Assembly: GCA_017630405.1 (NCBI GenBank)
Contig: JAGBVH010000007.1
Coordinates: 6,506-70,505 of the forward strand
From: Alphaproteobacteria bacterium
GTDB lineage: Bacteria; Pseudomonadota; Alphaproteobacteria; Rs-D84
Reading direction: 5' to 3'
DNA: 64,000 bases
Shown here: one piece after another, positions 1 through 9,692 of the stretch
Layout of the letters: each line of letters opens with the position of its first letter
Numbering within the stretch: position 1 is the first letter of the stretch
Program-made: the position numbers and the translations under genes
The notes under the pieces: generated by a model
Told to the model about the DNA's origin: nothing
The model's database searches: none
The model's input: the letters and a program-made list of their open reading frames with translations, nothing else

Positions 1-564
1 ATTTCGGCGCATCCATTGGACCAGTATAAGCATTTAATTCAGCGTGCCAATCTGGCAACAAGTGCTACGCTTGTCACTATGGGCGACCGTAAACCAGTTC
101 AGATTGCCGCGACCGTAAATTCATTTGGCCGTCGTCGTACCAAGACTGGCAAGGAAATGATAACCATTAATGCATCGGATAGTTTTGGCAATATCGATGC
201 TGTTGCATTTGGGGATGCGTCAATTGAATTTGCCCAGACTTTGTCCACAGAAAATGTTGTCTTGATTTCGGGCAAAACCTCTAATCGCGATGACAGGGTT
301 TCGATATTTGTTGACTCGATTATACCGCTGGCACAATGGGTGGCCAAAATTACCAAAAAAATGACCTTGGATATTCGAAATCAAGAAGTTCTGGCGGATG
401 TAAAGAAGGCACTGATTGCATTGCCGCGTGGATTTACCAAGGTGGTTCTGAATCTGCATGGTGCGGACAAGGTTGCAACATTGGCACTGCCGGGGGGTGT
501 TGAGTTGGGTAATACAACGATTACAGACTTTGCGGGTTTGGGTATCAAGGTGGAGATTGAATAA
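1..564 (+). CDS. dnaE: DNA polymerase III alpha subunit, C-terminal end (5' part lies upstream of the window)
   Basis: The frame is open from nt 1 (ISAHPLDQYKHLI...). This matches the SGHP(L/I)..Y motif and the OB-fold/C-terminal tail of DnaE. Stop TAA is at 562-564. Confidence 0.8.
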   Translation: MSAHPLDQYKHLIQRANLATSATLVTMGDRKPVQIAATVNSFGRRRTKTGKEMITINASDSFGNIDAVAFGDASIEFAQTLSTENVVLISGKTSNRDDRVSIFVDSIIPLAQWVAKITKKMTLDIRNQEVLADVKKALIALPRGFTKVVLNLHGADKVATLALPGGVELGNTTITDFAGLGIKVEIE

Positions 565-565
565 C

Positions 566-1411
566 ATGAAGCATATTCCTGTTTTGTTAAGTGCGGTTTT
601 GGATGCTTTGGGCGATATTTCCGGCAAGCATATTGTGGATTGTACTTTTGGTGCGGGCGGATATACTCGTGCGTTTCTTGAACGCGGGGCGGCTGTGACA
701 GCATTTGACCGCGATCCAAATGTTTTAGTGGACGTGGAAAAGTTCAAGACAGAATTTGGTGATAGGTTCAATTTTATACCAAAACCGTTTTCAAATCTGG
801 CGGAAATTTCGGGGCCGTTTGATGCGATTGTGTTTGATTTGGGAATTTCTTCGATGCAGATTGATATCCCAGAACGCGGCTTTTCTTTTCGTGCGGATGC
901 GCCACTTGATATGCGTATGTCTGAACAAGGCACAACTGCTGCTCAGTTAATTGCTGAAAGTGATGTGAACGATTTGGCAAATATATTGCGTGAATATGGG
1001 GATGTGCGCAAGGCGACAATTTTGGCGCGTGCTATGAAGGATACCCTGCCCCAGACAACCTTTGAGTTGCGCGACCTGATTCATAACCCAAAGGATATCG
1101 CACCGGTATTTCAGGCGTTGCGTATTGCCGTTAATGATGAAATGGGCGAAGTGCGCAGCGCGTTGGAAGCGGTGCCTGATTTATTAAATGCTGGTGGCAA
1201 ATGTATATGTGTGACATTTCATTCGCTGGAAGACAGAATTGTTAAGAATACTTTCCGCAATTGGACGACTGTCCCTGGCGACCCACGATTGCCGACAGTG
1301 GGGACAGCACCGTTTGTCGCAATAAAGATGGCCCTGCCTACCCAACAAGAACTGGATGAAAACCCACGTGCGCGATCGGCCCATATGCGCGGCGTGATAA
1401 AATCATATTGA
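566..1411 (+). CDS. rsmH: 16S rRNA (cytosine1402-N4)-methyltransferase
   Basis: MKHIPVLLSAVLDAL..DCTFGAGGYTRAFLE..GISSMQID..FHSLEDRIVK are RsmH/MraW signatures. ATG 566 lies 1 nt after the dnaE stop. The track start at 458 overlaps dnaE and reads as nonsense. Confidence 0.9.
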   Translation: MKHIPVLLSAVLDALGDISGKHIVDCTFGAGGYTRAFLERGAAVTAFDRDPNVLVDVEKFKTEFGDRFNFIPKPFSNLAEISGPFDAIVFDLGISSMQIDIPERGFSFRADAPLDMRMSEQGTTAAQLIAESDVNDLANILREYGDVRKATILARAMKDTLPQTTFELRDLIHNPKDIAPVFQALRIAVNDEMGEVRSALEAVPDLLNAGGKCICVTFHSLEDRIVKNTFRNWTTVPGDPRLPTVGTAPFVAIKMALPTQQELDENPRARSAHMRGVIKSY

Positions 1412-1470
1412 CCCACCCCCGTAATTTTTTGTAGCATTAGTAAAACGAGAAGGAAAAAGGAAGAAATATC

Positions 1471-2007
1471 ATGAAAAAATTATTATTCGCAATGTTGGCT
1501 TTTATTGCTGCGATGCCTGTGGCGAACGCGGTTTGTCCTGTTTGTACAATCGCTGTTGGGGCGGGACTTGAAGGTGCACGCCTGATTGGGGTTGAAGATA
1601 TTATTACTGGCATTTGGGCGGGTGGTTTGACTCTGTCTTTGGTGGGTTGGACCGCAAACTATATGCGCAAGCGCGGGGTCAAGGCGCGTATTTGGTATGC
1701 ATTGAACTTTGTTGTATATTACGCGTTGTTGGCGATGGTTTATTTTGTGCCATCTGGCAATCCAATTGTTGTATTTAATGAGTTTTGTATTTGGGGAATT
1801 GACCAGTTTATGTTGGGTGCAATTGTGGGTACTGTTGTGTTCTTTGCTATGCAGGTTTGGTATGAAAGAATCAAAAAAAACAATGGCGGGCATGCCTTGT
1901 TCCCATTCCAGAAGGTTGTTATGCCATTTGGCGGTCTGTTGATTGCTACTTTGATTTTCTGGGCGATTATCAGATGGCTGCCAGAAATCGGTATTGTTTT
2001 GTGCTAA
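1471..2007 (+). CDS. Integral membrane protein of unknown function
   Basis: N-terminal signal/TM segment (MKKLLFAMLAFIAAMPVANA) followed by a CPVC motif and several further hydrophobic segments. An RBS-like aggaaaaaggaag lies upstream. Confidence 0.6.
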   Translation: MKKLLFAMLAFIAAMPVANAVCPVCTIAVGAGLEGARLIGVEDIITGIWAGGLTLSLVGWTANYMRKRGVKARIWYALNFVVYYALLAMVYFVPSGNPIVVFNEFCIWGIDQFMLGAIVGTVVFFAMQVWYERIKKNNGGHALFPFQKVVMPFGGLLIATLIFWAIIRWLPEIGIVLC

Positions 2008-2032
2008 GTTTTTAAGAAAAGGAAGGTAAAAT

Positions 2033-2641
2033 ATGAAAAAAGCGAAAAAATTGTCATTAAACGAAATGATCGAACAGGTTGATGCTGCCAAGAAAGTAAA
2101 TCCGTTGGATTTGTCTTCGGACCAGGACTTGTCAATCGCATTGATGAACTTGATTTCATTGGAAGAACACTTCTTTTTCAGTGGGGCCAAGACACAAAAG
2201 ACAAGTTTTTATGACCTGATTAATGTTGTGCGCAATATGCGTAAAGAATTAATGGAACGCATTGTTCAGAAGTCAACCGCAGAAAACGGTGAAGTTTGGT
2301 GTATTTCTAAACATTTGTTGGCGGCTTCTATGCGTTTGATGGAAGTTGGCACCAAGGCTTTGGGCGCAGGTAATACCAAAGATGCGTATGATATGTTTAA
2401 TCGCGCATACGACTTGTATTCTCTGTTCTGGGGATTGAACATGAATCTGATTGATACCACAGGTGTTCAGAAAATCGCACCAGAAGCATATGATGCGGCG
2501 GCTCGTGATAAAGAGTGCAGCATTGATATGGCGCAGAAAACGACAAAGAAATCCAAGGCTGCCAAAGCAGATACAGAAAAATCAACAGTTAAGCGTTTGG
2601 GGGCTTGGGTTAAAAATGCCGTTAACTGCTGCATTGAATAA
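2033..2641 (+). CDS. Hypothetical protein (202 aa, helical, Lys-rich C-terminus)
   Basis: Long ORF with RBS aaggaagg 6-12 nt upstream. It has no competing same-strand ORF and no family I recognise. Confidence 0.55.
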   Translation: MKKAKKLSLNEMIEQVDAAKKVNPLDLSSDQDLSIALMNLISLEEHFFFSGAKTQKTSFYDLINVVRNMRKELMERIVQKSTAENGEVWCISKHLLAASMRLMEVGTKALGAGNTKDAYDMFNRAYDLYSLFWGLNMNLIDTTGVQKIAPEAYDAAARDKECSIDMAQKTTKKSKAAKADTEKSTVKRLGAWVKNAVNCCIE

Positions 2642-2648
2642 TTTGGTA

Positions 2649-2678
2649 TTGATTCCAATTGTTCGAAAATGCTATAAT
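2649..2678 (+). promoter_or_regulatory. Sigma70-like promoter for the Cys-rich protein operon
   Basis: TTGATT (2649-2654), an 18 nt spacer, then TATAAT (2673-2678), about 15 nt upstream of the GTG start at 2693. Confidence 0.5.
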
Positions 2679-2692
2679 GTCATAAAGAGAGA

Positions 2693-5110
2693 GTGAAATT
2701 GAAACATCGCATTATTGATTTTCGTTTGTTAACAGCACTTTTTGCTACGCTGATGGCTTCGTCAGCAGTGGTTGCAGACCAGATGCCTAATCCACGCGGT
2801 GGCACAAATACTGTGGCGCGCGGCAATGCTTCAAGCGAGAAAGAACGCGTTGTGTCACGTGTTGCGGATAACACTGTCCATCGTGTGTCGAATGATGCGA
2901 CTGCCCGTGTGGCAAAAACTGTAAAACCTTCTACGACACGTTCGGTTAAGCGTCAAATGACAGCTATATCTAATCGACCAGATGTTGTGACCGCTCGCGT
3001 TGGATCAATAGGTGTGGTGCGCAGTGCGAATCCTGTCCGTAGCACAACAAGTAATGTGGCGCGCAGCGCAACGAATGTTTCTAATGTGTCGCGTGCGGCA
3101 ACTTCACGCGCGACTGCTGTGTTTAGTGATATTTCAAAAATTGGTGGCGGGTACGCAACATGTCGTGATGCCTATGCTACCTGTATGGACCAATTCTGCG
3201 CAAATGCAAATGATACTTATCGCCGTTGCTATTGCAGTCAAAAGTTCACAGAATTTCGTGATACAGAATTGGTATTGGATGAAGCCAAGAGATTGCTTTT
3301 ACAATTCCAAGATAATAATTTGAACGCTGTTGACAAGACCGCGGCCGAGGTTAATGCAATGTATACAGCAACCGTTGGCGAAGCGGCAATTAAAACTGAT
3401 GTTAGTGGCGCACAGTCTGTATTAAATGAAATTGGCGATTTGCTGTCGGGTAAAAAGGCTGTGTCCAAAGAAACATCGGCATCTGCGTTGGGATTGTTGG
3501 ATGTTGATTTTGGTATGGATATGGAAGATATCTGGTCTGGGGGCTCATCGTCTTCATCGATATTTGGTGGTAATGCTACAACTAATATGGCGGATCTTGA
3601 AGGCGCGGCACTGTACAAGGCTGTAAACACTCAATGTCTTGAGGTTGTGGCATCTGCTTGTGAAAACGATGCCGTGTTAAGTATGGCGACCAATTCATAT
3701 AATATTATGATTACACAGGATTGTAATGCCTATGAAAAGAAGGTGAATACTCAGCGCAAGGCCGTTGAAGATTCTGTGCGTCAGGCAGAAAAATATTTGC
3801 GCGAAGCACGTTTGGACGAATATCGCACACATAACAGTGCCGATGTTAATGAATGTGTGGCCAAGGTTCGTAACGCAATTACACAAGATACAGCATGTGG
3901 CACAAACTATGCACGCTGTTTGGATTATTCAGGTGTTTATATAAACTCTACAACTGGTGAACCTATTTATAGCCCTCGCCTGTTTAAATTGGTTGAGTTG
4001 ATTAAACTGGATGGTTCGGCAGATGTTATGGGCCAGAACGCAGACTTTAATAAATTCTTGGATTCTAAACGCATGTTTGCGACAACAGCATTGGATACTT
4101 GTCGTGATCAGGCAGATATTGTTTGGAACGAATTTAAGCGTAGCGCATTGATTGAAATTGCGCAGGCACAAGATGAAAAAATTGAACAAGTAAAAAATAC
4201 CTGTGTGTCAACAATGGCTGAATGCTATGATACGCAATCTGGTGCTTTAAAGGACTTTAGTGACCAAACAGCGGTTGCGGCTGGTGCTGTATCTGCGTAT
4301 GCAGCACGCCAAATGTGCGCTGACAAGGTTTTGACCTGTGCTGCATTGTATGGCGATACTTCAAATTGCAGATTTGATAATAATGGCAAGTTTACAGGCA
4401 ATCAGGGGTCCTGTGGATTAACAGCGTTGTTGAACTTTGTTGATACAGTTGACACAATCAAGATTAATGACAGTTGTGTTGCTGCGTTACAAGAAAACGC
4501 AAATGAAATATGTACCCCAACATCGGGGGATGGCGTTTATCCTTCGGCGTGCTTTAATAAGTCACAAACGGATATTGAAGGAATGGTAACCAATCGTGCC
4601 GAGCTTGTATGTAATATAGCGGATTTTGGGATTTTGGGTAAAGATATGGAGGCAACTATTAGCAGCACCAAAGACGCGATTGTTCAAAACATTAAGGACG
4701 ATATCGAATCCGCATTGATGGCTGAGTGCGAGGCGCAAAATGGTATTTGGTTCAGCCGCGATGTGGTTGGCGGTGAATCAGAAGAAATTGGCCTGTCGAT
4801 TTTGGAGCCAGAGGCATTGTTCTATACCAAACTGTTTGGTGGCTCGGTGCCAAGTAAGTTTACCGCCAATTCATCTGATGTAAAGCAAGCTTATGGTATC
4901 TGTGCGGAAAATTCAATGCGCTATGCGTGTATGAATCAGGATACAATGACCGGTGGTCATGGATATGCTAAATACGATGCCGCAACAAATAGTTGTGTGT
5001 TCACCAGCGAGTGGTACAAATGGCAGTGTGAAAATGTATTGAACGGCTATTTCGAAAATGAAGTATGTTATTGGAACGCAGAAAATGTTGTCGATGGGGG
5101 TAATGAATAA
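2693..5110 (+). CDS. Large secreted cysteine-rich protein, family member A (805 aa), with an Arg/Ser/Thr-rich N-terminal tract
   Basis: GTG start with RBS aagagagag. Signal peptide LLTALFATLMASSAVVA. Low-complexity tract (VARSATNVSNVSRAATSRATAV). Many Cys residues in conserved motifs are shared with the 34473-36947 product. Confidence 0.8.
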   Translation: MKLKHRIIDFRLLTALFATLMASSAVVADQMPNPRGGTNTVARGNASSEKERVVSRVADNTVHRVSNDATARVAKTVKPSTTRSVKRQMTAISNRPDVVTARVGSIGVVRSANPVRSTTSNVARSATNVSNVSRAATSRATAVFSDISKIGGGYATCRDAYATCMDQFCANANDTYRRCYCSQKFTEFRDTELVLDEAKRLLLQFQDNNLNAVDKTAAEVNAMYTATVGEAAIKTDVSGAQSVLNEIGDLLSGKKAVSKETSASALGLLDVDFGMDMEDIWSGGSSSSSIFGGNATTNMADLEGAALYKAVNTQCLEVVASACENDAVLSMATNSYNIMITQDCNAYEKKVNTQRKAVEDSVRQAEKYLREARLDEYRTHNSADVNECVAKVRNAITQDTACGTNYARCLDYSGVYINSTTGEPIYSPRLFKLVELIKLDGSADVMGQNADFNKFLDSKRMFATTALDTCRDQADIVWNEFKRSALIEIAQAQDEKIEQVKNTCVSTMAECYDTQSGALKDFSDQTAVAAGAVSAYAARQMCADKVLTCAALYGDTSNCRFDNNGKFTGNQGSCGLTALLNFVDTVDTIKINDSCVAALQENANEICTPTSGDGVYPSACFNKSQTDIEGMVTNRAELVCNIADFGILGKDMEATISSTKDAIVQNIKDDIESALMAECEAQNGIWFSRDVVGGESEEIGLSILEPEALFYTKLFGGSVPSKFTANSSDVKQAYGICAENSMRYACMNQDTMTGGHGYAKYDAATNSCVFTSEWYKWQCENVLNGYFENEVCYWNAENVVDGGNE

Positions 5111-5112
5111 AA

Positions 5113-6396
5113 ATGTTGAATATTAATAAAATATTTTTATCAGTTTTTGTAATTGCTTCCTTGGGCGTTGCAGGTTCCGCAGATGCCACATGGCCATCGT
5201 CAGTTAAACAAGAAACATGTTTTGCTCATAGCGGTATTTCAGCGATGACAACGCCGACGGGCATGACTTTTGCGCTTGATAGTGATGCTGGCGATCAACT
5301 TGGTATAAATTTTTATCTGGCCCGTGAGCGCTCTGATAATGGGGCCAAGTTTTGCCCTACTCATGTGATGGCTTGGCGTAAAAATTTAAATGGAAGCAAC
5401 AGTCATCCAAGCCTAGAAAAGTGGAATTATTCCCAATGGGGTGAAGATGAATGTTTTTGGGTTTGTCACGAAGGTTATTTTGGGGAAAAATGTAAGGACT
5501 CGAGTACCAACAATACACCCAAAAGTTGTGCAACTAACACGATTGAACTTGTAAGTGGCGAAAATTTAAATAAGGTTGGAAACGATTCAAAATATACCGC
5601 TGTTAGTGATGGTGTTTGGACCAGAACTTGGGATGAAAATTGTAAAAAAACAGACAAGGCCGCACACAAGGAAGCAAAACATGCTGAAACTTGGGCGGTT
5701 AAGCGAGTGACTAAGGATGGCTTTGGCGTGGTCGTACAGAGTCTGCAGTTCTGGGCATATTGTAAACAAAGCACCAAACAGGAAAAGTGCCGTATCAGGG
5801 TACGGCCTGTTGGCGAAGAAATGGTTATGTGTCAAAATGGGTATACGGTCACAACTGACAAGCAGTCGTGTAAGCCTATTGATGTGCGCGCATGTGGACA
5901 GGCGGTAGTTTGTGATGGATGGGATATTTTTGATGATGCGGACCCACAATATAAACGATATCTGGTGGATGGGGACGATTGCTATAAATATCGTTGTGCG
6001 GAATCGGGTTATGGTTTTGCTGGGACTGCTGTTTTGTCATTGGCAGAGAACCGTAAATGTATCGAATGTCCGACTACATATAAGCAAGGCATTTCCGCAG
6101 ATGGCGTTTGTGAAGTTGCAGAGGCTGGCGAGATTTTCTCGAACGGTGAAGTTGGTACAGCGACTGCAACCAATTCGTCTGAAATGTTACAGTGTTGGAA
6201 TGCTGATGATTTTAAGGCCTGTTTGATAACAGGTGCAACGGATACAACATCAACAACAACCGTTGAAAAAGGTTCTGTGGTTAGCCCAATCATAGCCACT
6301 CCTGTTTTAGGGGGTGCGGGATTGCCTAAAAAGGATATCTTGCTTGATTCTGGGAAACAGATTATCAAGGAACCTATTAATAAGATAACGCTGTGA
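5113..6396 (+). CDS. Secreted cysteine-rich protein (427 aa) with EGF-like Cys spacing and a Thr-rich C-terminal tract
   Basis: ATG lies 2 nt after the preceding stop. Signal peptide FLSVFVIASLGVAGSADA. Motif CFWVCHEGYFGEKC. Tract TDTTSTTTV near the C-terminus. Confidence 0.75.
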   Translation: MLNINKIFLSVFVIASLGVAGSADATWPSSVKQETCFAHSGISAMTTPTGMTFALDSDAGDQLGINFYLARERSDNGAKFCPTHVMAWRKNLNGSNSHPSLEKWNYSQWGEDECFWVCHEGYFGEKCKDSSTNNTPKSCATNTIELVSGENLNKVGNDSKYTAVSDGVWTRTWDENCKKTDKAAHKEAKHAETWAVKRVTKDGFGVVVQSLQFWAYCKQSTKQEKCRIRVRPVGEEMVMCQNGYTVTTDKQSCKPIDVRACGQAVVCDGWDIFDDADPQYKRYLVDGDDCYKYRCAESGYGFAGTAVLSLAENRKCIECPTTYKQGISADGVCEVAEAGEIFSNGEVGTATATNSSEMLQCWNADDFKACLITGATDTTSTTTVEKGSVVSPIIATPVLGGAGLPKKDILLDSGKQIIKEPINKITL

Positions 6397-6403
6397 TTAT
6401 ATT

Positions 6404-6425
6404 GGGCGCCAAGTGCGCCCTTTTT
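6404..6425 (+). terminator. Intrinsic terminator after the Cys-rich operon
   Basis: Stem gggcgc (6404-6409) pairs with gcgccc (6415-6420), followed by TTTTT. Confidence 0.7.
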
Positions 6426-6509
6426 ATTGCGTGATTTTCTTAAACTTTCGTTTTTGTTTAGTTTTAATTAATTCATTAGAGTTTATTTAAGAAAATGTGT
6501 CTATTGCCA

Positions 6510-6537
6510 CTTGAAAACATTTTTTGCATAACTATAT
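6510..6537 (+). promoter_or_regulatory. RpoH (sigma32)-type heat-shock promoter of dnaK
   Basis: CTTG (6510-6513), a 17 nt spacer, then aCTATAT (6531-6537). This fits the alphaproteobacterial CTTG-N17-CYTATNT consensus with one mismatch. Confidence 0.55.
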
Positions 6538-6570
6538 GGTGGGTAAGCAAAATTTTTAAGGAGTAAAAAT

Positions 6571-8469
6571 ATGGGAAAAGTATTAGGTATTGACTTAGGT
6601 ACAACTAATTCCGCTATGGCTTTTATGGATGGCGGCGATCCAAAAATTATTGAAAATTCAGAAGGTCAGCGCACTACCCCTTCGGTCGTTGCTTTGACAA
6701 GTGGTGGTGAACAGTTGGTGGGTATTACTGCCAAGAATCAGGCTGTTACAAATCCAGAAAATACAATTTATGAAATCAAACGCTTGATGGGATTGCGCTT
6801 TGACAGCCCCGCGGTTAAAGAAATCGCAGCACGCGTGCCATATAAAATCGTTGCAGGCGAAAATGGCGATGCTTGGGTTGAAATGGACGGCAAGAAATAT
6901 GCGCCTTCTCAGATTTCAGCTATGATTTTGGCTAAATTGAAAAAAGATGCCGAATCCTATTTGGGTGAAACCGTGACCGATGCAGTTATTACAGTACCGG
7001 CATACTTTAATGATTCCCAGCGTCAGGCAACAAAAGACGCAGGTCGTATTGCGGGATTGAATGTTTTGCGTATTGTTAATGAACCAACAGCCGCAGCATT
7101 GGCATACGGCTTGGATAAAGGCAAAGACGGCGTTATCGCGGTTTATGACCTTGGTGGTGGTACATTTGACGTGTCTATCTTGGAAATTGTTGATGGCGTG
7201 TTCGAAGTAAAATCTACAAACGGTGATACAGCATTGGGTGGTTCGGACTTTGATGCACGTATCTTGGAACACCTGATTGCCGAATTCAAGGCCCAGACAG
7301 GTATCGATTTGTCCGGTGACAAGTTGGCGTTGCAGCGTTTGAAAGAAGCGGCAGAAAAGGCAAAAATCGAATTGTCTTCCAAGACAACAACCGATATCAA
7401 CCTGCCTTTCTTGACAGCAGATGCCACAGGTCCAAAGCACTTTAATACAACATTGACACGCGCAAAGTTGGAATCTTTGGTTGCGGACTTGATTGAACGC
7501 ACAATCGAACCTTGCAAAAAAGCATTGAAAGATGCTGGTCTGGATAAATCACAGATTAACGAAGTTATCTTGGTTGGTGGTCAGACACGTATGCCAAAGG
7601 TTGCAGAAACAGTTAAAGAATTCTTTGGTCGCGAACCGCACAAGGGCGTAAACCCAGACGAAGTTGTTGGTATGGGTGCCGCAATTCAGGGTGGTGTTCT
7701 GAAAGGCGAAGTCAAAGATGTTTTGTTGTTGGATGTGACACCTTTGTCTTTGGGTATTGAAACATTGGGTGGTGTATTTACGCGCCTGATTGACCGCAAT
7801 ACAACAATTCCTACCAAGAAGTCACAAGTATTTAGTACTGCAGAAGACAATCAGTCTGCTGTGACTATCCGTGTATTCCAAGGCGAACGCGATATGGCAG
7901 CTGATAACAAACTGTTGGGTCAGTTTAATCTGGAAGGTATTGCGCCTGCCCCACGTGGCATGCCACAGATTGAAGTGTCTTTTGATATTGATGCGAACGG
8001 TATTGTACATGTATCTGCCAAGGATAAAGGTACGGGCAAAGAACAGGCGATTTCTATTAAATCCGATGGCGGGTTGTCAGAAGATGAAATCAAACGCATG
8101 GTTGATGAAGCGGCTGAAAATGCTGAAGCAGACAAGAAAAAGCGCGCGTTGGCAGAAGCCAAGAATACAGCCGAAACTGCTATCTTTAGCATTGAAAAGT
8201 CACTGAAGGAACATGGTGATAAAATCAGCGAAGATGAAAAGAAAGCAATTGAAGCTGCGAAACAGGAACTGGCCGACGAATTGGCCAAGGCTGATGCGAC
8301 CGCTGAATCTTTGAAGGAAAAGACAGATGCGTTAAGCGAAAAAGCCATGAAGTTGGGTGAAGCCGTCTATAAAGCGGCACAGGCCGAACAGCAGGCAAAC
8401 GCAGGTGCCGGCGAAGAAAAGAAAAACGAAGACGGCACAGTCGATGCAGACTTTTCTGAAAAGAAATAA
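6571..8469 (+). CDS. dnaK: Molecular chaperone DnaK (Hsp70)
   Basis: [28 protein letters not shown] and a full-length Hsp70 body. RBS aaggag. Confidence 0.98.
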   Translation: MGKVLGIDLGTTNSAMAFMDGGDPKIIENSEGQRTTPSVVALTSGGEQLVGITAKNQAVTNPENTIYEIKRLMGLRFDSPAVKEIAARVPYKIVAGENGDAWVEMDGKKYAPSQISAMILAKLKKDAESYLGETVTDAVITVPAYFNDSQRQATKDAGRIAGLNVLRIVNEPTAAALAYGLDKGKDGVIAVYDLGGGTFDVSILEIVDGVFEVKSTNGDTALGGSDFDARILEHLIAEFKAQTGIDLSGDKLALQRLKEAAEKAKIELSSKTTTDINLPFLTADATGPKHFNTTLTRAKLESLVADLIERTIEPCKKALKDAGLDKSQINEVILVGGQTRMPKVAETVKEFFGREPHKGVNPDEVVGMGAAIQGGVLKGEVKDVLLLDVTPLSLGIETLGGVFTRLIDRNTTIPTKKSQVFSTAEDNQSAVTIRVFQGERDMAADNKLLGQFNLEGIAPAPRGMPQIEVSFDIDANGIVHVSAKDKGTGKEQAISIKSDGGLSEDEIKRMVDEAAENAEADKKKRALAEAKNTAETAIFSIEKSLKEHGDKISEDEKKAIEAAKQELADELAKADATAESLKEKTDALSEKAMKLGEAVYKAAQAEQQANAGAGEEKKNEDGTVDADFSEKK

Positions 8470-8500
8470 AAAATAAGTCCCCCATTTGGGGGATTTTTTT
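8470..8500. terminator. Bidirectional intrinsic terminator between convergent dnaK and pfk
   Basis: Hairpin tccccc-attt-ggggga, with an A-run on the 5' side and a T-run on the 3' side. Confidence 0.75.
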
Positions 8501-9578
8501 ACTTATAAATTCCAATATATATTCCCATATCGCGCGCAACTTCCAATAATGGGTCGTCAGGGGCGACATAGGCATTTGATGTCATAAGTTCTGGGATCTT
8601 TGGATCACGCAGAAACTCGCCACCCGCGACAAAATCTGATAATGTGACAGTGTGGACATCGTTACATTCCAATGCGGTCATAACATATGTTTCGTTGTTT
8701 TCAATCGCGTCCAATGCGCAATCCGCAAAGCGTGTGGCAAGAATTCTGTCAGATGCTGTTGTGTCGCCTGCGCGTTGAATGTGTTCTGGGAATGCGGTGC
8801 GGTTCACTATACCAGCTGCTGTTAATTTGCGTGCAATCATATCTGCTGGACGACCCGAATGGCCGCGCAGCGAAATGCCTTCGGATACCATAATGATACC
8901 ATAGTCGTTTTGACTGTTTTTAATGTGCGCAACAACATCATCGTCATCGAATTTGATTTCTGGGATAAGAATTACTTCGGCCCCCGCCGCAATGCCAGCA
9001 TGTAATGCCAGATTGCCACAGTCGCGCCCCATTGCCTGAACCACAAACCAACGGTGGTGACTGCGTGCGGTTAACATTAACTGGTCACAATAACAGGTTA
9101 ATTGCTGAACCGCGGTATCAAAACCGATTGTTCTGTCCGTCAATGGCATATCCATATCAATCGTTTTTGGGATGCATATCAATTGGACATCTTGGTATAT
9201 TTCACGATTTGCCCAGGCCAAGGATAAACTGCCGTTGCCACCAACCAAAATCAGTGCGTCTAGATTTAGTGTCTTGATTGCAGCGCGCAGTTTTTTGTTA
9301 AACTGAGCCAGTTTTCCCTGCTCTATGGCGGTTTCAAAGTTTAATGCGCCGGCGTGCCCATTGTGCAGAAAACTGCCCGCCAGACGCGCGTTCTCAATCG
9401 GCAACATTGTTTCACAAAGACGAACCGCCGCAGGTGGGTTTACACACAAACCGTCTGTGCCATCCATTATCCCCCAAACGCGCCAGCCACGCAGTGTTGC
9501 ACCGCGCACAATGCGATGAATTACTGTGTTCAAACCACTGCAATCACCACCAGTCGTTATAATGCCTATGTTTTTCAT
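8499..9578 (-). CDS. pfkA: 6-phosphofructokinase (PfkA family; ATP versus PPi specificity not resolved)
   Basis: MKNIGIITTGGDCSGLN, LILVGGNGS, PKTIDMD and MGRDCGNLALHAG motifs. Confidence 0.85.
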   Translation of the reverse strand: MKNIGIITTGGDCSGLNTVIHRIVRGATLRGWRVWGIMDGTDGLCVNPPAAVRLCETMLPIENARLAGSFLHNGHAGALNFETAIEQGKLAQFNKKLRAAIKTLNLDALILVGGNGSLSLAWANREIYQDVQLICIPKTIDMDMPLTDRTIGFDTAVQQLTCYCDQLMLTARSHHRWFVVQAMGRDCGNLALHAGIAAGAEVILIPEIKFDDDDVVAHIKNSQNDYGIIMVSEGISLRGHSGRPADMIARKLTAAGIVNRTAFPEHIQRAGDTTASDRILATRFADCALDAIENNETYVMTALECNDVHTVTLSDFVAGGEFLRDPKIPELMTSNAYVAPDDPLLEVARDMGIYIGIYK

Positions 9579-9692
9579 AATCTCTTCCCTTCTTTTTTCT
9601 TTGTAATTATATCATAAATAAGTTGACAAAGAAATATTATTTGCAATAATTTGTCCATAATCAGAAATAATTTAACCATACAGAGGTATCAC

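Noticed and set aside
220-2190. Long minus-strand ORFs (220-933, 381-719, 1483-2190) opposite dnaE, rsmH and the membrane protein gene.
   Set aside because: They are antisense shadows of genes with clear family signatures. Their translations are low-complexity or Cys/His/Arg-rich with no motifs or RBS.
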